Source of the DNA: a virus
Taxonomy: Duplodnaviria > Caudoviricetes
Length of the DNA stretch: 42,930 bases
Strand: one strand, 5' to 3'
IMG/VR virus record: IMGVR_UViG_3300007346_000055
Location: 1-42,930 of that record
Shown: in pieces, positions 33,847 to 42,717 of the stretch
Position numbering within the stretch: position 1 is the first letter of the stretch
How the letters are laid out: each line of letters opens with the position of its first letter
Position numbers and translations under genes: made by a program
The notes under the pieces: model-generated
Told to the model about the DNA's origin: nothing
What the model saw: only the letters and a program-made list of their open reading frames with translations
Database searches by the model: none

Positions 33847-35019
33847 TTACCTTTGTATTTTAATTTTAGATCCTGGTAGTTCTTCATTGATTTTACTTTG
33901 AGAACTATGAACCCACAAAATTGGTTTTATAGGTTGGGTTGATGGAGGGCTACATTCTCCGTCAGTCAAGTATATTAAGTTGGCATAGGCGTTTTTATGT
34001 TGGGATAAATAACGCATTACCGGTTCGAAGTCAGTGCCACCTCTACCTTGTACCTCAATATTTTCAAGTACCCCTTTATATTCATACACTCTCTGAATGT
34101 CGGCATCACATTCAATAACATCAATATAAGTACCTGATTTGTACATGTGGTAAATTTCATTAAAGAACTCTTCTAATTCTTTAATATTAACTGAACCTGA
34201 AGTATCAATAGCAACTAATGTTCTTTTCTTTTGTTTTATTTTAAGTGCAGGTCCCTCATTGAAACGTCTATTTGGCTTCCTACGAGTCTTTTTAGTATAG
34301 ACCATAGTAGACATGCTACTAAAGCGTCTTAGATATGACTTCCAATCAATAACAGGTTCAACAACTTCAAATAAACTATCAATATAGTCCTTCATTTCTG
34401 AAGGTATAGTACCACGACCTTTATTACTTTTTTTAAGTGTTTCTGCTACCTCTTTTAATTGGTGATCTATTTGTTTAGCAATCAATTTCTTTTCTGCGTC
34501 ACTTAATCCTTCACCATCTTGAATATCAAATTCAAAATCATTAGCCATCTGAGCAATTTGTCCATCTGGATTATCTTCAATCTCTTTCATTAGGGCAGCA
34601 TAATAATATCCTGTTCCTTTTTTCTCTTCAAGATTAAGATGAGCAAAATTAGGACCATTGATTTCCAATCCATCCCAAGCCTCACCTTTCATATCAGAAC
34701 CAATGTACTGATTGATTTCCAAATCAGCAGCCATATTATAGACTTTCTTATTATCAAATCTATCCCAATTGGTAAGGTGGAAAAAACATATATGAAGAAG
34801 CTCATGCTTTAAAACACCTAATTTAGTTCTGTCATCTAATGTACTCCAAAACTCAGGATTAACTTTTAATTTAATATTAATATTATCTGGAGTAACACAA
34901 GCGGTTGGAATGTTTTTATCTAATTCTTTATTCAATCCAATCAAAACCAAACCATAAAATGGTTCTTTAAGCATCAAATGCTTAGAATATTTAGTTATTT
35001 CTTCGTAAATGTTAAACAT
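33847..35019 (-). CDS. Metallopeptidase-like plus vWA domain protein (DUF2201-like)
   Basis: HELLH..H, NMAADLEIN; MIDAS DTSGS, GGTDF, LTDG. Confidence 0.88.
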   Translation of the reverse strand: MFNIYEEITKYSKHLMLKEPFYGLVLIGLNKELDKNIPTACVTPDNINIKLKVNPEFWSTLDDRTKLGVLKHELLHICFFHLTNWDRFDNKKVYNMAADLEINQYIGSDMKGEAWDGLEINGPNFAHLNLEEKKGTGYYYAALMKEIEDNPDGQIAQMANDFEFDIQDGEGLSDAEKKLIAKQIDHQLKEVAETLKKSNKGRGTIPSEMKDYIDSLFEVVEPVIDWKSYLRRFSSMSTMVYTKKTRRKPNRRFNEGPALKIKQKKRTLVAIDTSGSVNIKELEEFFNEIYHMYKSGTYIDVIECDADIQRVYEYKGVLENIEVQGRGGTDFEPVMRYLSQHKNAYANLIYLTDGECSPPSTQPIKPILWVHSSQSKINEELPGSKIKIQR

Positions 35020-36113
35020 TATTTTTTCCTTTTATATAAACTAAGATTAAAACTATCAATTTGAAGAACAAACCCATCAACTGTATGGCTCAAATATTTG
35101 TTAATATTGTTTTGAATAAATCCACTAATAATTTCTTTAGCCTTATTATTATTAGAGTAATAATTCCATAACCCCGCTGAGAAACCTCTAAAATCATGTT
35201 TCCAATAAATTTCTTTACTTTCAAAATACTTGTTCAAGGTTTTATATGCTTGGCTTTGATTTCCTGTACCCCAACTAAATTTATCTTTATATTCATTTAA
35301 AAGAAGAGCAACTGTTAAACCATCTTTTTCAAGATTAATATTAGTTAACATTTCTAAAGCTAATTGGATATCTGATGGTTCATTACTTTTTAACATACTA
35401 TGAAATGTTTCTAGATATTCTGCGTCTAACTCAATACCATCTGAGTTTAGAATTTCTAACATATAATCATCCCAAACAATACTTTTAGTATCTTTATCCT
35501 CTAAATAAACATCAATAACACTACAAATATCTAAAATCTTTTGAGTTCTATAATTAGCCATCTCATAACATTCTTTAAACTCTGTACAGTTTATTATTTT
35601 CTTTAGATCTGAAGGTAGAGCATAATACCTATCTTTTTCAATAACCCATGTTTTTCCTATTTTACTTTTAATTTCCCTATCAAAATGTGAATATCTATCT
35701 CTATTTGAATTAGAGTAATTTAAAACAATATTATAGATCTCTTTAGTAAATTCAATAAAAGCATACTCATCTTTACTTGCTCTATTATAATACGCTAAAA
35801 CATCCTCAATTTCGTTTTTATCAAAAATAATAGTATTTGCTGTTTGAACACGAGATGTTTTTTTCAAACTATTTTCTTCAATATATGATTTTAGTTTATG
35901 TCTAGGAATATTAGAACCTTTACCAGCATATATTATTTCTCCATTCACATCAACACCCGGCAGTCTAAGAAGTTCTTTTACATCCTGTATTCTTTGTTCT
36001 AAAATATCAATTTCTTTATACTCTAAACCCTGATTAGCAATCCATGAAAGATTAAATATATGGTTTTGGTGGTAATTATTATACTGGTAATTTAACTTAA
36101 AAAACTTATTCAT
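35019..36113 (-). CDS. Hypothetical protein with possible BRCT-like domain
   Basis: IIYAG..NIPRHKLKSYIEE....KTSRVQTANTIIF...IVWDDYM; lies between the AAA and vWA genes. Confidence 0.55.
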   Translation of the reverse strand: MNKFFKLNYQYNNYHQNHIFNLSWIANQGLEYKEIDILEQRIQDVKELLRLPGVDVNGEIIYAGKGSNIPRHKLKSYIEENSLKKTSRVQTANTIIFDKNEIEDVLAYYNRASKDEYAFIEFTKEIYNIVLNYSNSNRDRYSHFDREIKSKIGKTWVIEKDRYYALPSDLKKIINCTEFKECYEMANYRTQKILDICSVIDVYLEDKDTKSIVWDDYMLEILNSDGIELDAEYLETFHSMLKSNEPSDIQLALEMLTNINLEKDGLTVALLLNEYKDKFSWGTGNQSQAYKTLNKYFESKEIYWKHDFRGFSAGLWNYYSNNNKAKEIISGFIQNNINKYLSHTVDGFVLQIDSFNLSLYKRKK

Positions 36114-36116
36114 ATT

Positions 36117-37289
36117 TTATTTCATTATAAATTTAACTAATTCTTTATCCATAATCATAGTTTTGAATTTAGTAATATTATTATTATAAATTGACCTAAC
36201 CATGTTATAACAAATGTCTGTTGTAAAAATTTCTTCTTTAACTATTTTAGAAATTCTATCAATGGTTGATTTTTCAACTTTATTTTTGCTAGCATAAACA
36301 TCTAAATAGTTAACAATTCGAGTAGATAAAGTTGAGGCAATATCTGCTCTGTATTTATCATCTTTACCAACAATCGATTTCAAAGTACCCATAACATATT
36401 TTTCATCCTGTTCAAATATATTTTCAGGAGAAATAATCTTATCTAACTTATTATTGATAAACATAGTAAACAAACTACTAAACTCAGGTCCAACTGAACC
36501 CTCACCAATCATTTGAATCAAAGGCAAACTTTCTTCAAAAGATTTAATTGAACTAATACTGTTAAAAAACATTGATATACTTCTACTATTAACATCAGTA
36601 GTAACTAGTTCAGGATTCATAAGCAAAAAGTTTATACAACGACCATCAATGTCATTTTCTTCAGCCCATTTAGCCCAACAATCAGTATCAAACTTAAGCT
36701 GGACACTAATGAATCGAGTTTTTTGAGCATTGTCAATACTATTAACTAAATAATCTCCATTGTCAGGATTAGCAGTCAAAACAATATGCCAATTTTTAGG
36801 TAAAGTCCAACTAATGTATTGTTGACGGTCAATCAGCTCCATAACAGCTTGAATAAACCTAACATCAGCTCTATTCCAATCATCTAAAAGCAAAATACCA
36901 CCATCTTCTTTTCCAGAAATCCATTCAGGTGGACAGTAACTCATACGATTCAAACCTGTTGAATGATAACCAAGTTTTAAATACTCATCAAAAGCATGCT
37001 CATCAACCCAAGTTTTTTCATTGTTAAGTTCAACTTCAAATTGTCTAATTGGAAAACCAACCAAGTCACCAATTTCCTCAATTTGAGCAAGATTCAATTT
37101 AACAAAGTTTAAGTTTTGTTCTTTAGCCATTTGAATAATAGCAGAAGTTTTACCAATACCACTCTCACCAATTACCTCAATAGTGACAGGTGACTTACCT
37201 TGTTCTTGTAAAAAACGATTGTTTTCAATAATGTGTGTTAAAAAATCTTTTAATTCTTTAACATTGATGGAAATAAGATCTTTCTTCAT
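36117..37289 (-). CDS. MoxR-like AAA+ ATPase
   Basis: Walker A GESGIGKT, GDLVGFP, Walker B LLLDDWNRA, sensor I TAN, Arg finger TRF. Confidence 0.88.
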   Translation of the reverse strand: MKKDLISINVKELKDFLTHIIENNRFLQEQGKSPVTIEVIGESGIGKTSAIIQMAKEQNLNFVKLNLAQIEEIGDLVGFPIRQFEVELNNEKTWVDEHAFDEYLKLGYHSTGLNRMSYCPPEWISGKEDGGILLLDDWNRADVRFIQAVMELIDRQQYISWTLPKNWHIVLTANPDNGDYLVNSIDNAQKTRFISVQLKFDTDCWAKWAEENDIDGRCINFLLMNPELVTTDVNSRSISMFFNSISSIKSFEESLPLIQMIGEGSVGPEFSSLFTMFINNKLDKIISPENIFEQDEKYVMGTLKSIVGKDDKYRADIASTLSTRIVNYLDVYASKNKVEKSTIDRISKIVKEEIFTTDICYNMVRSIYNNNITKFKTMIMDKELVKFIMK

Positions 37290-37486
37290 ATAACTGTTTC
37301 TTTTTTAATTATGCCATTTACCATGTAACTCAAACTAAAGTGTTCTATAAGGTCTATAGTGGCTTTACTTAAAACATATAGCTTAATATTGTCCCAATGA
37401 TCTTTAGTCTCAACAATACCTGTTTGATGAGTGTTTCCGTTTTTGTACTTTAAAGTGTAAATACCGTAAGTTTTATTTTCTTTCAT
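37286..37486 (-). CDS. Hypothetical protein
   Basis: First gene after a promoter; AAGGTT-ATG start; ATGA overlap with the ATPase. Confidence 0.7.
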   Translation of the reverse strand: MKENKTYGIYTLKYKNGNTHQTGIVETKDHWDNIKLYVLSKATIDLIEHFSLSYMVNGIIKKETVI

Positions 37487-37500
37487 AACCTTAATTAGTG

Positions 37501-37532
37501 TTAATATAATATTTTATCATTCAGAAGCCAAG
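37501..37532 (-). promoter_or_regulatory. Bacteroidota-type promoter (CTTG variant)
   Basis: CTTG(GC)-N20-TATATTAA. Confidence 0.6.
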
Positions 37533-37588
37533 CCAGTTCTTAAAAAGGTTAGCTCGAACTTTCAATATACATCTATCCGTATATACGA

Positions 37589-38116
37589 TCATAATGGACC
37601 AAACATAGGCTCCATATCTTCAATTAGAAAAATTGCTTCTCCACTTGGAATATCAAAAAATTCCCTATCATTACGGGTTCGGCAATAATCAAGTTTAGCA
37701 TGAAGTGCTTGCTCAAAGTCATAAGGGCGAGCACACTTAAAATGATAAGCTAAGTTCCAATCAACAACTACACCAGCATTGTTAATTTGTTGGAGACGTT
37801 TGATAGGATGATTAGTAGTGAAACCAATTTTAGACTTTCCAGGATACTGTTCATTAATGAGGACATAAACATATCCGCCAAGTCCATTCTTGCGTGACTC
37901 ATCGTCGTTATGAGACCCTATATGGCGGAAATAAAGAACATCTTCCCAACCGGTACTACCCTCACTAACGGGAGGCAAATTGGGATTGGTACTGGGGACA
38001 CGAGTGTAATGTGTTACTTGTCCTAAGCGGCTGCCCCCGAGTCCATCCGGCTTGATTTCAATTTGGATAAACTCTGGATTATTTAGAATTTGGTCGGGTG
38101 GGAGGTATCTACTCAT
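37589..38116 (-). CDS. T5orf172-like GIY-YIG domain protein
   Basis: GYVYVLIN..KIGFT...KRL..IN...EQALH..L...R...REFF. Confidence 0.85.
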   Translation of the reverse strand: MSRYLPPDQILNNPEFIQIEIKPDGLGGSRLGQVTHYTRVPSTNPNLPPVSEGSTGWEDVLYFRHIGSHNDDESRKNGLGGYVYVLINEQYPGKSKIGFTTNHPIKRLQQINNAGVVVDWNLAYHFKCARPYDFEQALHAKLDYCRTRNDREFFDIPSGEAIFLIEDMEPMFGPL

Positions 38117-38144
38117 ACGCGGAATTTGTTAGTGTTGAAACTTT

Positions 38145-38462
38145 TTATACAAACCAATTATCATTATCTTCATCATCTTCTTCCCACCAATTAGGAATAT
38201 CATCTTCATCAATAATTCCTTTATTGTAAAGTTCATCAAAAATAATTTGTCCGAGGGCTTTTGTGTCTTCATTTATATCGGGATTTTTATACCCTAAGTC
38301 CATTAGTTGAAAACTAATTTCTCTCATCTCTAGCTCGGTAGGTGAGTTATAAAACTTTTCATTTGTGACCCAAAAGTCACCGTATAGCTGTTCTGCTATC
38401 TCTGAAAGAATATCTCTCCTATCCAATAGTTCTTTGATTTTCTTATCCATTGCGTTTTTCAA
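38145..38462 (-). CDS. Hypothetical acidic protein
   Basis: Acidic C-terminus with Trp residues (WWEEDDEDNDNWFV); the true start may be the second Met (38450). Confidence 0.65.
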   Translation of the reverse strand: MKNAMDKKIKELLDRRDILSEIAEQLYGDFWVTNEKFYNSPTELEMREISFQLMDLGYKNPDINEDTKALGQIIFDELYNKGIIDEDDIPNWWEEDDEDNDNWFV

Positions 38463-38763
38463 ACATTAGAGCAACACCAATCAATCCGAAACAAGAACCG
38501 AAAGCAAAACTACATACAAGCTCAATCACACCTGAAGTGAACATTGAAACTACTCCGAAAAGAATTCCTAAGATAGCCAACTTAAGATTTGACTTTTTAA
38601 TATTGATGTCTTTTTCTATCAATGATTTCATACGAGCTGCACCAAACATGCTAGAGCTGAGAAACAAAAATACTAAAAAAGCATCACCTAAACCTTTTGA
38701 CAAACTAAAAATTGCCAAACCTAACAAACAAATACCAATAATGTTTAAATTTTTAATGTTCAT
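38443..38763 (-). CDS. Membrane protein (about 4 TM)
   Basis: Four hydrophobic segments; own promoter and AAGGTT-ATG start. Confidence 0.75.
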   Translation of the reverse strand: MNIKNLNIIGICLLGLAIFSLSKGLGDAFLVFLFLSSSMFGAARMKSLIEKDINIKKSNLKLAILGILFGVVSMFTSGVIELVCSFAFGSCFGLIGVALMFEKRNG

Positions 38764-38785
38764 AACCTTTATCTTTTAATATACC

Positions 38786-38817
38786 TAAATATAATAATCT
38801 TATTTTCGAGAGCCAAA
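38786..38817 (-). promoter_or_regulatory. Bacteroidota-type early promoter
   Basis: TTTG(GC)-N20-TATATTTA. Confidence 0.8.
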
Positions 38818-39024
38818 CAATGATTTAAAGATGTCAAAAATAAGTAAAATTCCATCTTTAATACATGATAAGAAAAACTGGATTATGAACATAATGCCTA
38901 AAAATACAATACATCCTTCCCAAAATGGAATTATTGCAAATGGGAAAGTGATAAGTAATAAAATAGTTACTACAAATACTATTCTTAAAAAAATCTGAAT
39001 TAGTTTGCTTTCTAAATTGTTCAT
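38800..39024 (-). CDS. Membrane protein (2 TM)
   Basis: Hydrophobic hairpin; own promoter. Confidence 0.75.
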   Translation of the reverse strand: MNNLESKLIQIFLRIVFVVTILLLITFPFAIIPFWEGCIVFLGIMFIIQFFLSCIKDGILLIFDIFKSLFGSRK

Positions 39025-39045
39025 AACCTTAATTTCTAATATACC

Positions 39046-39077
39046 TAAATATACGTATATATTCTTCGATAGCCAAA
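39046..39077 (-). promoter_or_regulatory. Bacteroidota-type early promoter
   Basis: TTTG(GC)-N20-TATATTTA. Confidence 0.8.
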
Positions 39078-39359
39078 CTTCTTTTTTTCTCTTCTTTTTG
39101 GTTTCTTTGGATTTTTAAAAAATTTGCCTATATGGAAATTGGGATTTGATTGTGGGGATATAAGTATATACTTGTCGAGGGTTTATAGTTATTTACGATC
39201 TAAAAATCAATCTAAGTCCTTTTTCCCATATATCCAAACGTATAGTGATAACAACGCACGTGGTATATAGTGTGTATTAACACCGTACTCGGTACGTACG
39301 TACGCAGGCAGTACACCGTAAGGTGTACCACCGCTATAATAAATAAGGAAATAAAGGTT

Positions 39360-39584
39360 TTAAATTTCTACGCCAAGCTTCTCAGCAAACGGTTTTAGCG
39401 TTTCAACGTCGTTTTGATTCATCGGTTTGCTCTCTAACGCATATGATCGCTCTAATCCCATATATAATACTTTAAACGCTATCGGATCGATAACATCTGA
39501 TTTCATAACACCAATTATTGTTCCTCTCAGGCTTCCTAGGGCCGAGGATTGGTTTAGCATTGATTCTAAAAGTGTACTATCCAT
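39360..39584 (-). CDS. Hypothetical protein
   Basis: Start reassigned to MDSTLLE, TAATG-coupled to the upstream micro-ORF. Confidence 0.65.
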   Translation of the reverse strand: MDSTLLESMLNQSSALGSLRGTIIGVMKSDVIDPIAFKVLYMGLERSYALESKPMNQNDVETLKPFAEKLGVEI

Positions 39585-39688
39585 TACCCAAACACATATA
39601 AAATAAAGTAACACAAATAACCCATCGCAACTATGGCAACCGCGCCGCCAAGTGCCTCTAACATTTCTTTATCTAATTTTTTAAACAT
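39584..39688 (-). CDS. Single-TM microprotein (34 aa)
   Basis: MFKKLDKEMLEALGGAVAIVAMGYLCYFILYVFG*; directly behind a promoter and AAGGTT-ATG. Confidence 0.75.
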   Translation of the reverse strand: MFKKLDKEMLEALGGAVAIVAMGYLCYFILYVFG

Positions 39689-39709
39689 AACCTTAATTTC
39701 TAATATATC

Positions 39710-39741
39710 TAAATATAACATCTATGATTTGGGAGGCCAAA
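39710..39741 (-). promoter_or_regulatory. Bacteroidota-type early promoter
   Basis: TTTG(GC)-N20-TATATTTA. Confidence 0.8.
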
Positions 39742-39743
39742 CC

Positions 39744-40151
39744 TTATTTAACCTCCTCATTCATCACGTAAGCAAAACTGTCCCAAGACTTAGCATTGAC
39801 AGCCTGGTATTGGAACGAATTGTATAATGCTGTATTGTAAAGTTCCTGGTTGATGTCTCCTACTTTAACTTGGCTCAAAAAACATTCGCTCGCAAATATT
39901 TTCTTACCGGTACGAGCAAATACTGTGATGGGGAAATTGTTTTCACTTATAAACGCAATCGATTGGATCGCCTTAGGCTTGAACCTGCGGAACGCATCAA
40001 TTGCACTTTTAGCTTTAACATCACTTGATACCATGTATCCAGCTCTAGCTTTAGTAATTACTCGGTAAGTACCCTCACCAGCTTCAAAATTGGTTCCAAA
40101 TTGTAATACGGTCAAATCTCTGTTTCGTTGTGCAATGATAATGTTTTTCAT
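39744..40151 (-). CDS. Hypothetical protein
   Basis: Own promoter and AAGGTT-ATG start. Confidence 0.75.
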   Translation of the reverse strand: MKNIIIAQRNRDLTVLQFGTNFEAGEGTYRVITKARAGYMVSSDVKAKSAIDAFRRFKPKAIQSIAFISENNFPITVFARTGKKIFASECFLSQVKVGDINQELYNTALYNSFQYQAVNAKSWDSFAYVMNEEVK

Positions 40152-40173
40152 AACCTTAATTCCTTATTATATC

Positions 40174-40205
40174 TAAATATAACATCCCCATCGCGGGGAG
40201 CCAAA
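40174..40205 (-). promoter_or_regulatory. Bacteroidota-type early promoter
   Basis: TTTG(GC)-N20-TATATTTA. Confidence 0.8.
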
Positions 40206-40386
40206 CCCTTGTTAAAAAAAGTATATCTCTCTTTATATAGTGTAGAGTTTGGCCTCGCGGGGAAAAGGGGTTAATGTGCCTTAACACTCGTCCCATACAC
40301 CACATCACACTCGTTCCACATACCATACTTATCTATCAATATTTGGATATCCATATGATATGTGCTTGTCACACATGCATTAGGGA

Positions 40387-40494
40387 TTATCTCCTCCCCA
40401 TGCGGTTGTTTTTATTATTGTCCGTCGGGCGTTTTACCTCACTATAAATCATCACCAACAAAACAATAATTGTAAAAATACTTAATCCTAACAT
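40387..40494 (-). CDS. Single-TM microprotein (35 aa)
   Basis: MLGLSIFTIIVLLVMIYSEVKRPTDNNKNNRMGRR*; starts 7 nt after the upstream stop. Confidence 0.55.
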   Translation of the reverse strand: MLGLSIFTIIVLLVMIYSEVKRPTDNNKNNRMGRR

Positions 40495-40500
40495 ATCTAT

Positions 40501-40716
40501 TTATTTATTTAGTTTCTGTTTAATCCAACTCATTATAAACACCAGTAGCATTATCGGCCAAAATAGGAATATTACTATCCGATGTGAGTTTTCATACCGT
40601 TCGTTACCCGTATTTGCCTTCACCGTGATCCAATTTACCGTATCAAGAAACATCAACGTTATCATCCCCCCGATCCAATACCTGGATATCCATATCATTA
40701 TTTCTCTCCAGTCCAT
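40501..40716 (-). CDS. Membrane protein (2 TM)
   Basis: Start reassigned to MDWREIM; contains IFLFWPIMLLVFI. Confidence 0.65.
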   Translation of the reverse strand: MDWREIMIWISRYWIGGMITLMFLDTVNWITVKANTGNERYENSHRIVIFLFWPIMLLVFIMSWIKQKLNK

Positions 40717-40717
40717 T

Positions 40718-40804
40718 TTACCATATAAACAATGCACTCATTACCACCACACCTATAAAATATAATAGTGTGTATATCAATTCTTTTTTATCATTATTCT
40801 CCAT
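40718..40804 (-). CDS. Single-TM microprotein (28 aa)
   Basis: MENNDKKELIYTLLYFIGVVVMSALFIW*; fills the gap, overlapping the upstream stop. Confidence 0.55.
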   Translation of the reverse strand: MENNDKKELIYTLLYFIGVVVMSALFIW

Positions 40805-41039
40805 CTTGTTGTTTTATTTGTTCTTTGTTACCTCCGTATGTTTCGTTATAATATTCATCAAATGTTTTATTTTCATCATTATGGTTTTCACCTTTATGAA
40901 ACCAATAAAAAAATATGCTATTTTCTATTGATTTATATTGTTTAAGTATTTTTTGAATCTCATCTCCATTGCCTTGCAAATAACCACCTTCATAAAGTGC
41001 TATGGCAAATGCCTCTACTGGTGTTTGTTTTTCATTCAT
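40794..41039 (-). CDS. Hypothetical protein
   Basis: KQTPVE...EYYNETYG pattern; operon context. Confidence 0.7.
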   Translation of the reverse strand: MNEKQTPVEAFAIALYEGGYLQGNGDEIQKILKQYKSIENSIFFYWFHKGENHNDENKTFDEYYNETYGGNKEQIKQQDGE

Positions 41040-41046
41040 AACTTAT

Positions 41047-41274
41047 TTAATATCCTTTGCTTTTAAATGTTCCGTATTGTTTTAAAAATATTAGATCACC
41101 TATTGTTCTAACACCTTGCGCTGTATTATCTGTTGGCATCACAGGTGTATTAGGTGGTAACAATTCGGCGAGTGGGTTTGTGAATGTTATTTCTACTTTA
41201 CCATCACCTGCTCCCACTCGTCTTGCTACTGTTATTACCTCATCTCCGTATGCTATTGCAAATGTTGTACTCAT
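41047..41274 (-). CDS. Hypothetical protein
   Basis: ORF in a tightly packed operon. Confidence 0.7.
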   Translation of the reverse strand: MSTTFAIAYGDEVITVARRVGAGDGKVEITFTNPLAELLPPNTPVMPTDNTAQGVRTIGDLIFLKQYGTFKSKGY

Positions 41275-41280
41275 ATTATT

Positions 41281-41550
41281 TTATAATTTACTTGCTTGAT
41301 TAATTATTTCAGCTACTTCCTCAGGTGCGCAACGTGGCATTACATCACTGCTTAATTCAACTGGAATTAATTGATTCATTTTATCCATCACAAACCAATT
41401 ATCATTATTCCATACAGCCACCTCAGCAGTTGTTTTACCACCATCAGAAGCATTTAACTTACCAAATTGGACACTTACAGTAACTCCATTATCAAAGTCC
41501 ATTTGGAACCCTGTAGTGAAATTATCTTGATTTACTCTAAACTTATCCAT
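41281..41550 (-). CDS. Hypothetical protein
   Basis: GFQMDFDNGVTVSVQFG...AEVAVW; operon context. Confidence 0.75.
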   Translation of the reverse strand: MDKFRVNQDNFTTGFQMDFDNGVTVSVQFGKLNASDGGKTTAEVAVWNNDNWFVMDKMNQLIPVELSSDVMPRCAPEEVAEIINQASKL

Positions 41551-41553
41551 GAC

Positions 41554-41862
41554 TTAAATTTTTTCAATTAAACTAAGTGGCACATTAAAACTCTCACGCT
41601 CGTTGATTGGGTTAACTAAAATTGCTTTTACACGTTTGATTTCTCTAACACGGAACGAACGACCAACTACTTTCTTGTGATTTACTTTAACCATGTCACC
41701 AACCATGATTTCGTTTTTAACATTAAATGCTTTCATACGACGGACATCATCCAATCCTACTCTTACTGAATTGTTCACTGCGCGGAAAAAATCTTCCTCA
41801 TTAATTTTACCTGCGTTGAAACTGTTAACTAAATTTTCGATTGCTTTAACTTGAATATTCAT
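41554..41862 (-). CDS. Hypothetical protein with KOW/SH3-like C-terminus
   Basis: IMVGDMVKV...VREIKRVKA; own promoter. Confidence 0.7.
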   Translation of the reverse strand: MNIQVKAIENLVNSFNAGKINEEDFFRAVNNSVRVGLDDVRRMKAFNVKNEIMVGDMVKVNHKKVVGRSFRVREIKRVKAILVNPINERESFNVPLSLIEKI

Positions 41863-41885
41863 AACCTTTATTTTTTATTATAATA

Positions 41886-41917
41886 TAAATATAACATACA
41901 TGACCTGCAAGGCCAAA
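41886..41917 (-). promoter_or_regulatory. Bacteroidota-type early promoter
   Basis: TTTG(GC)-N20-TATATTTA. Confidence 0.8.
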
Positions 41918-41924
41918 CAAGAGG

Positions 41925-42116
41925 TTACCTCTTATTAATCATACAATCATCACTATTAAGATCTCCATCAGGCATCTCATTCAAACGCTTATACTCATCA
42001 GGTGAGACACCTTTCATAAGCATATACATTTCAAAATCAATATCCATTAGTCTATATTTAGTTGACCAATCTTTCAACCATTCAAGTCTATGTTTTTCAA
42101 ATTCTTCTTTTGTCAT
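41925..42116 (-). CDS. Hypothetical protein
   Basis: Start reassigned to MTKEEFE (ATGA overlap with the upstream gene). Confidence 0.65.
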   Translation of the reverse strand: MTKEEFEKHRLEWLKDWSTKYRLMDIDFEMYMLMKGVSPDEYKRLNEMPDGDLNSDDCMINKR

Positions 42117-42463
42117 TTCCAAAATATTTGTATGGCCACAATACCTAAAGCCATTATTAAACAAATTATAGTTTTTATAGTTAATGGTTCCTTAAACACT
42201 AACCAGCTTCCAATAGCGAAAACAATAGCACCTATAGCAAAGCCAATTAGTCTTTGGGGCCATATTGTTCCTCCAAACGCAGATGTCATTATTTTAGCAT
42301 AATACATCCAAACCATTGAAACAGGAATTCCAGCGAGGACTAATAGCCAGTAGTATTTATTCCAACTCAACCATTTAATAGGTCCTTGAAGTTGAAAGAA
42401 TGTTACTATCTGAACAATAATACCAACTATTAACCCTGTTATAAAATCCTTTAAATTAGTCAA
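42113..42463 (-). CDS. 4-TM membrane protein, SMR/DMT-like
   Basis: Four hydrophobic helices; the C-terminal WLVFKEPLTIKTIICLIMAL resembles the DMT/SMR motif. Confidence 0.6.
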   Translation of the reverse strand: MTNLKDFITGLIVGIIVQIVTFFQLQGPIKWLSWNKYYWLLVLAGIPVSMVWMYYAKIMTSAFGGTIWPQRLIGFAIGAIVFAIGSWLVFKEPLTIKTIICLIMALGIVAIQIFWK

Positions 42464-42716
42464 TGTTGTTTAGTTTACGGTTATATTTTATATCGTCCAT
42501 CATTTCTTGGTTTTCCATTCTTATTAGTTGAGTTATACTATCTGTAGTTTTAATAGATTGATGAGCTTTAACTAATGCTGAATCTGCTTTTACCATTGTT
42601 GAATCAATACGATCATAAAATTTATCTTGTTTATAATGTCTTGTCTCAATTATAATTGTTAAAGCAATAAGTCCCACAGCCACTAATACTGTAATTATTT
42701 TTTCTGTTTTTTTCAT
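42456..42716 (-). CDS. Single-pass membrane protein with coiled coil
   Basis: IITVLVAVGLIALTIII followed by a helical region with repeated DS motifs. Confidence 0.7.
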   Translation of the reverse strand: MKKTEKIITVLVAVGLIALTIIIETRHYKQDKFYDRIDSTMVKADSALVKAHQSIKTTDSITQLIRMENQEMMDDIKYNRKLNNID

Positions 42717-42717
42717 A

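Noticed and set aside
38763-41917. Repeated ~55-nt intergenic blocks as CRISPR-like or mobile repeats
   Set aside because: They are explained by the conserved promoter plus AAGGTT-ATG leader and are separated by genes, not spacers.
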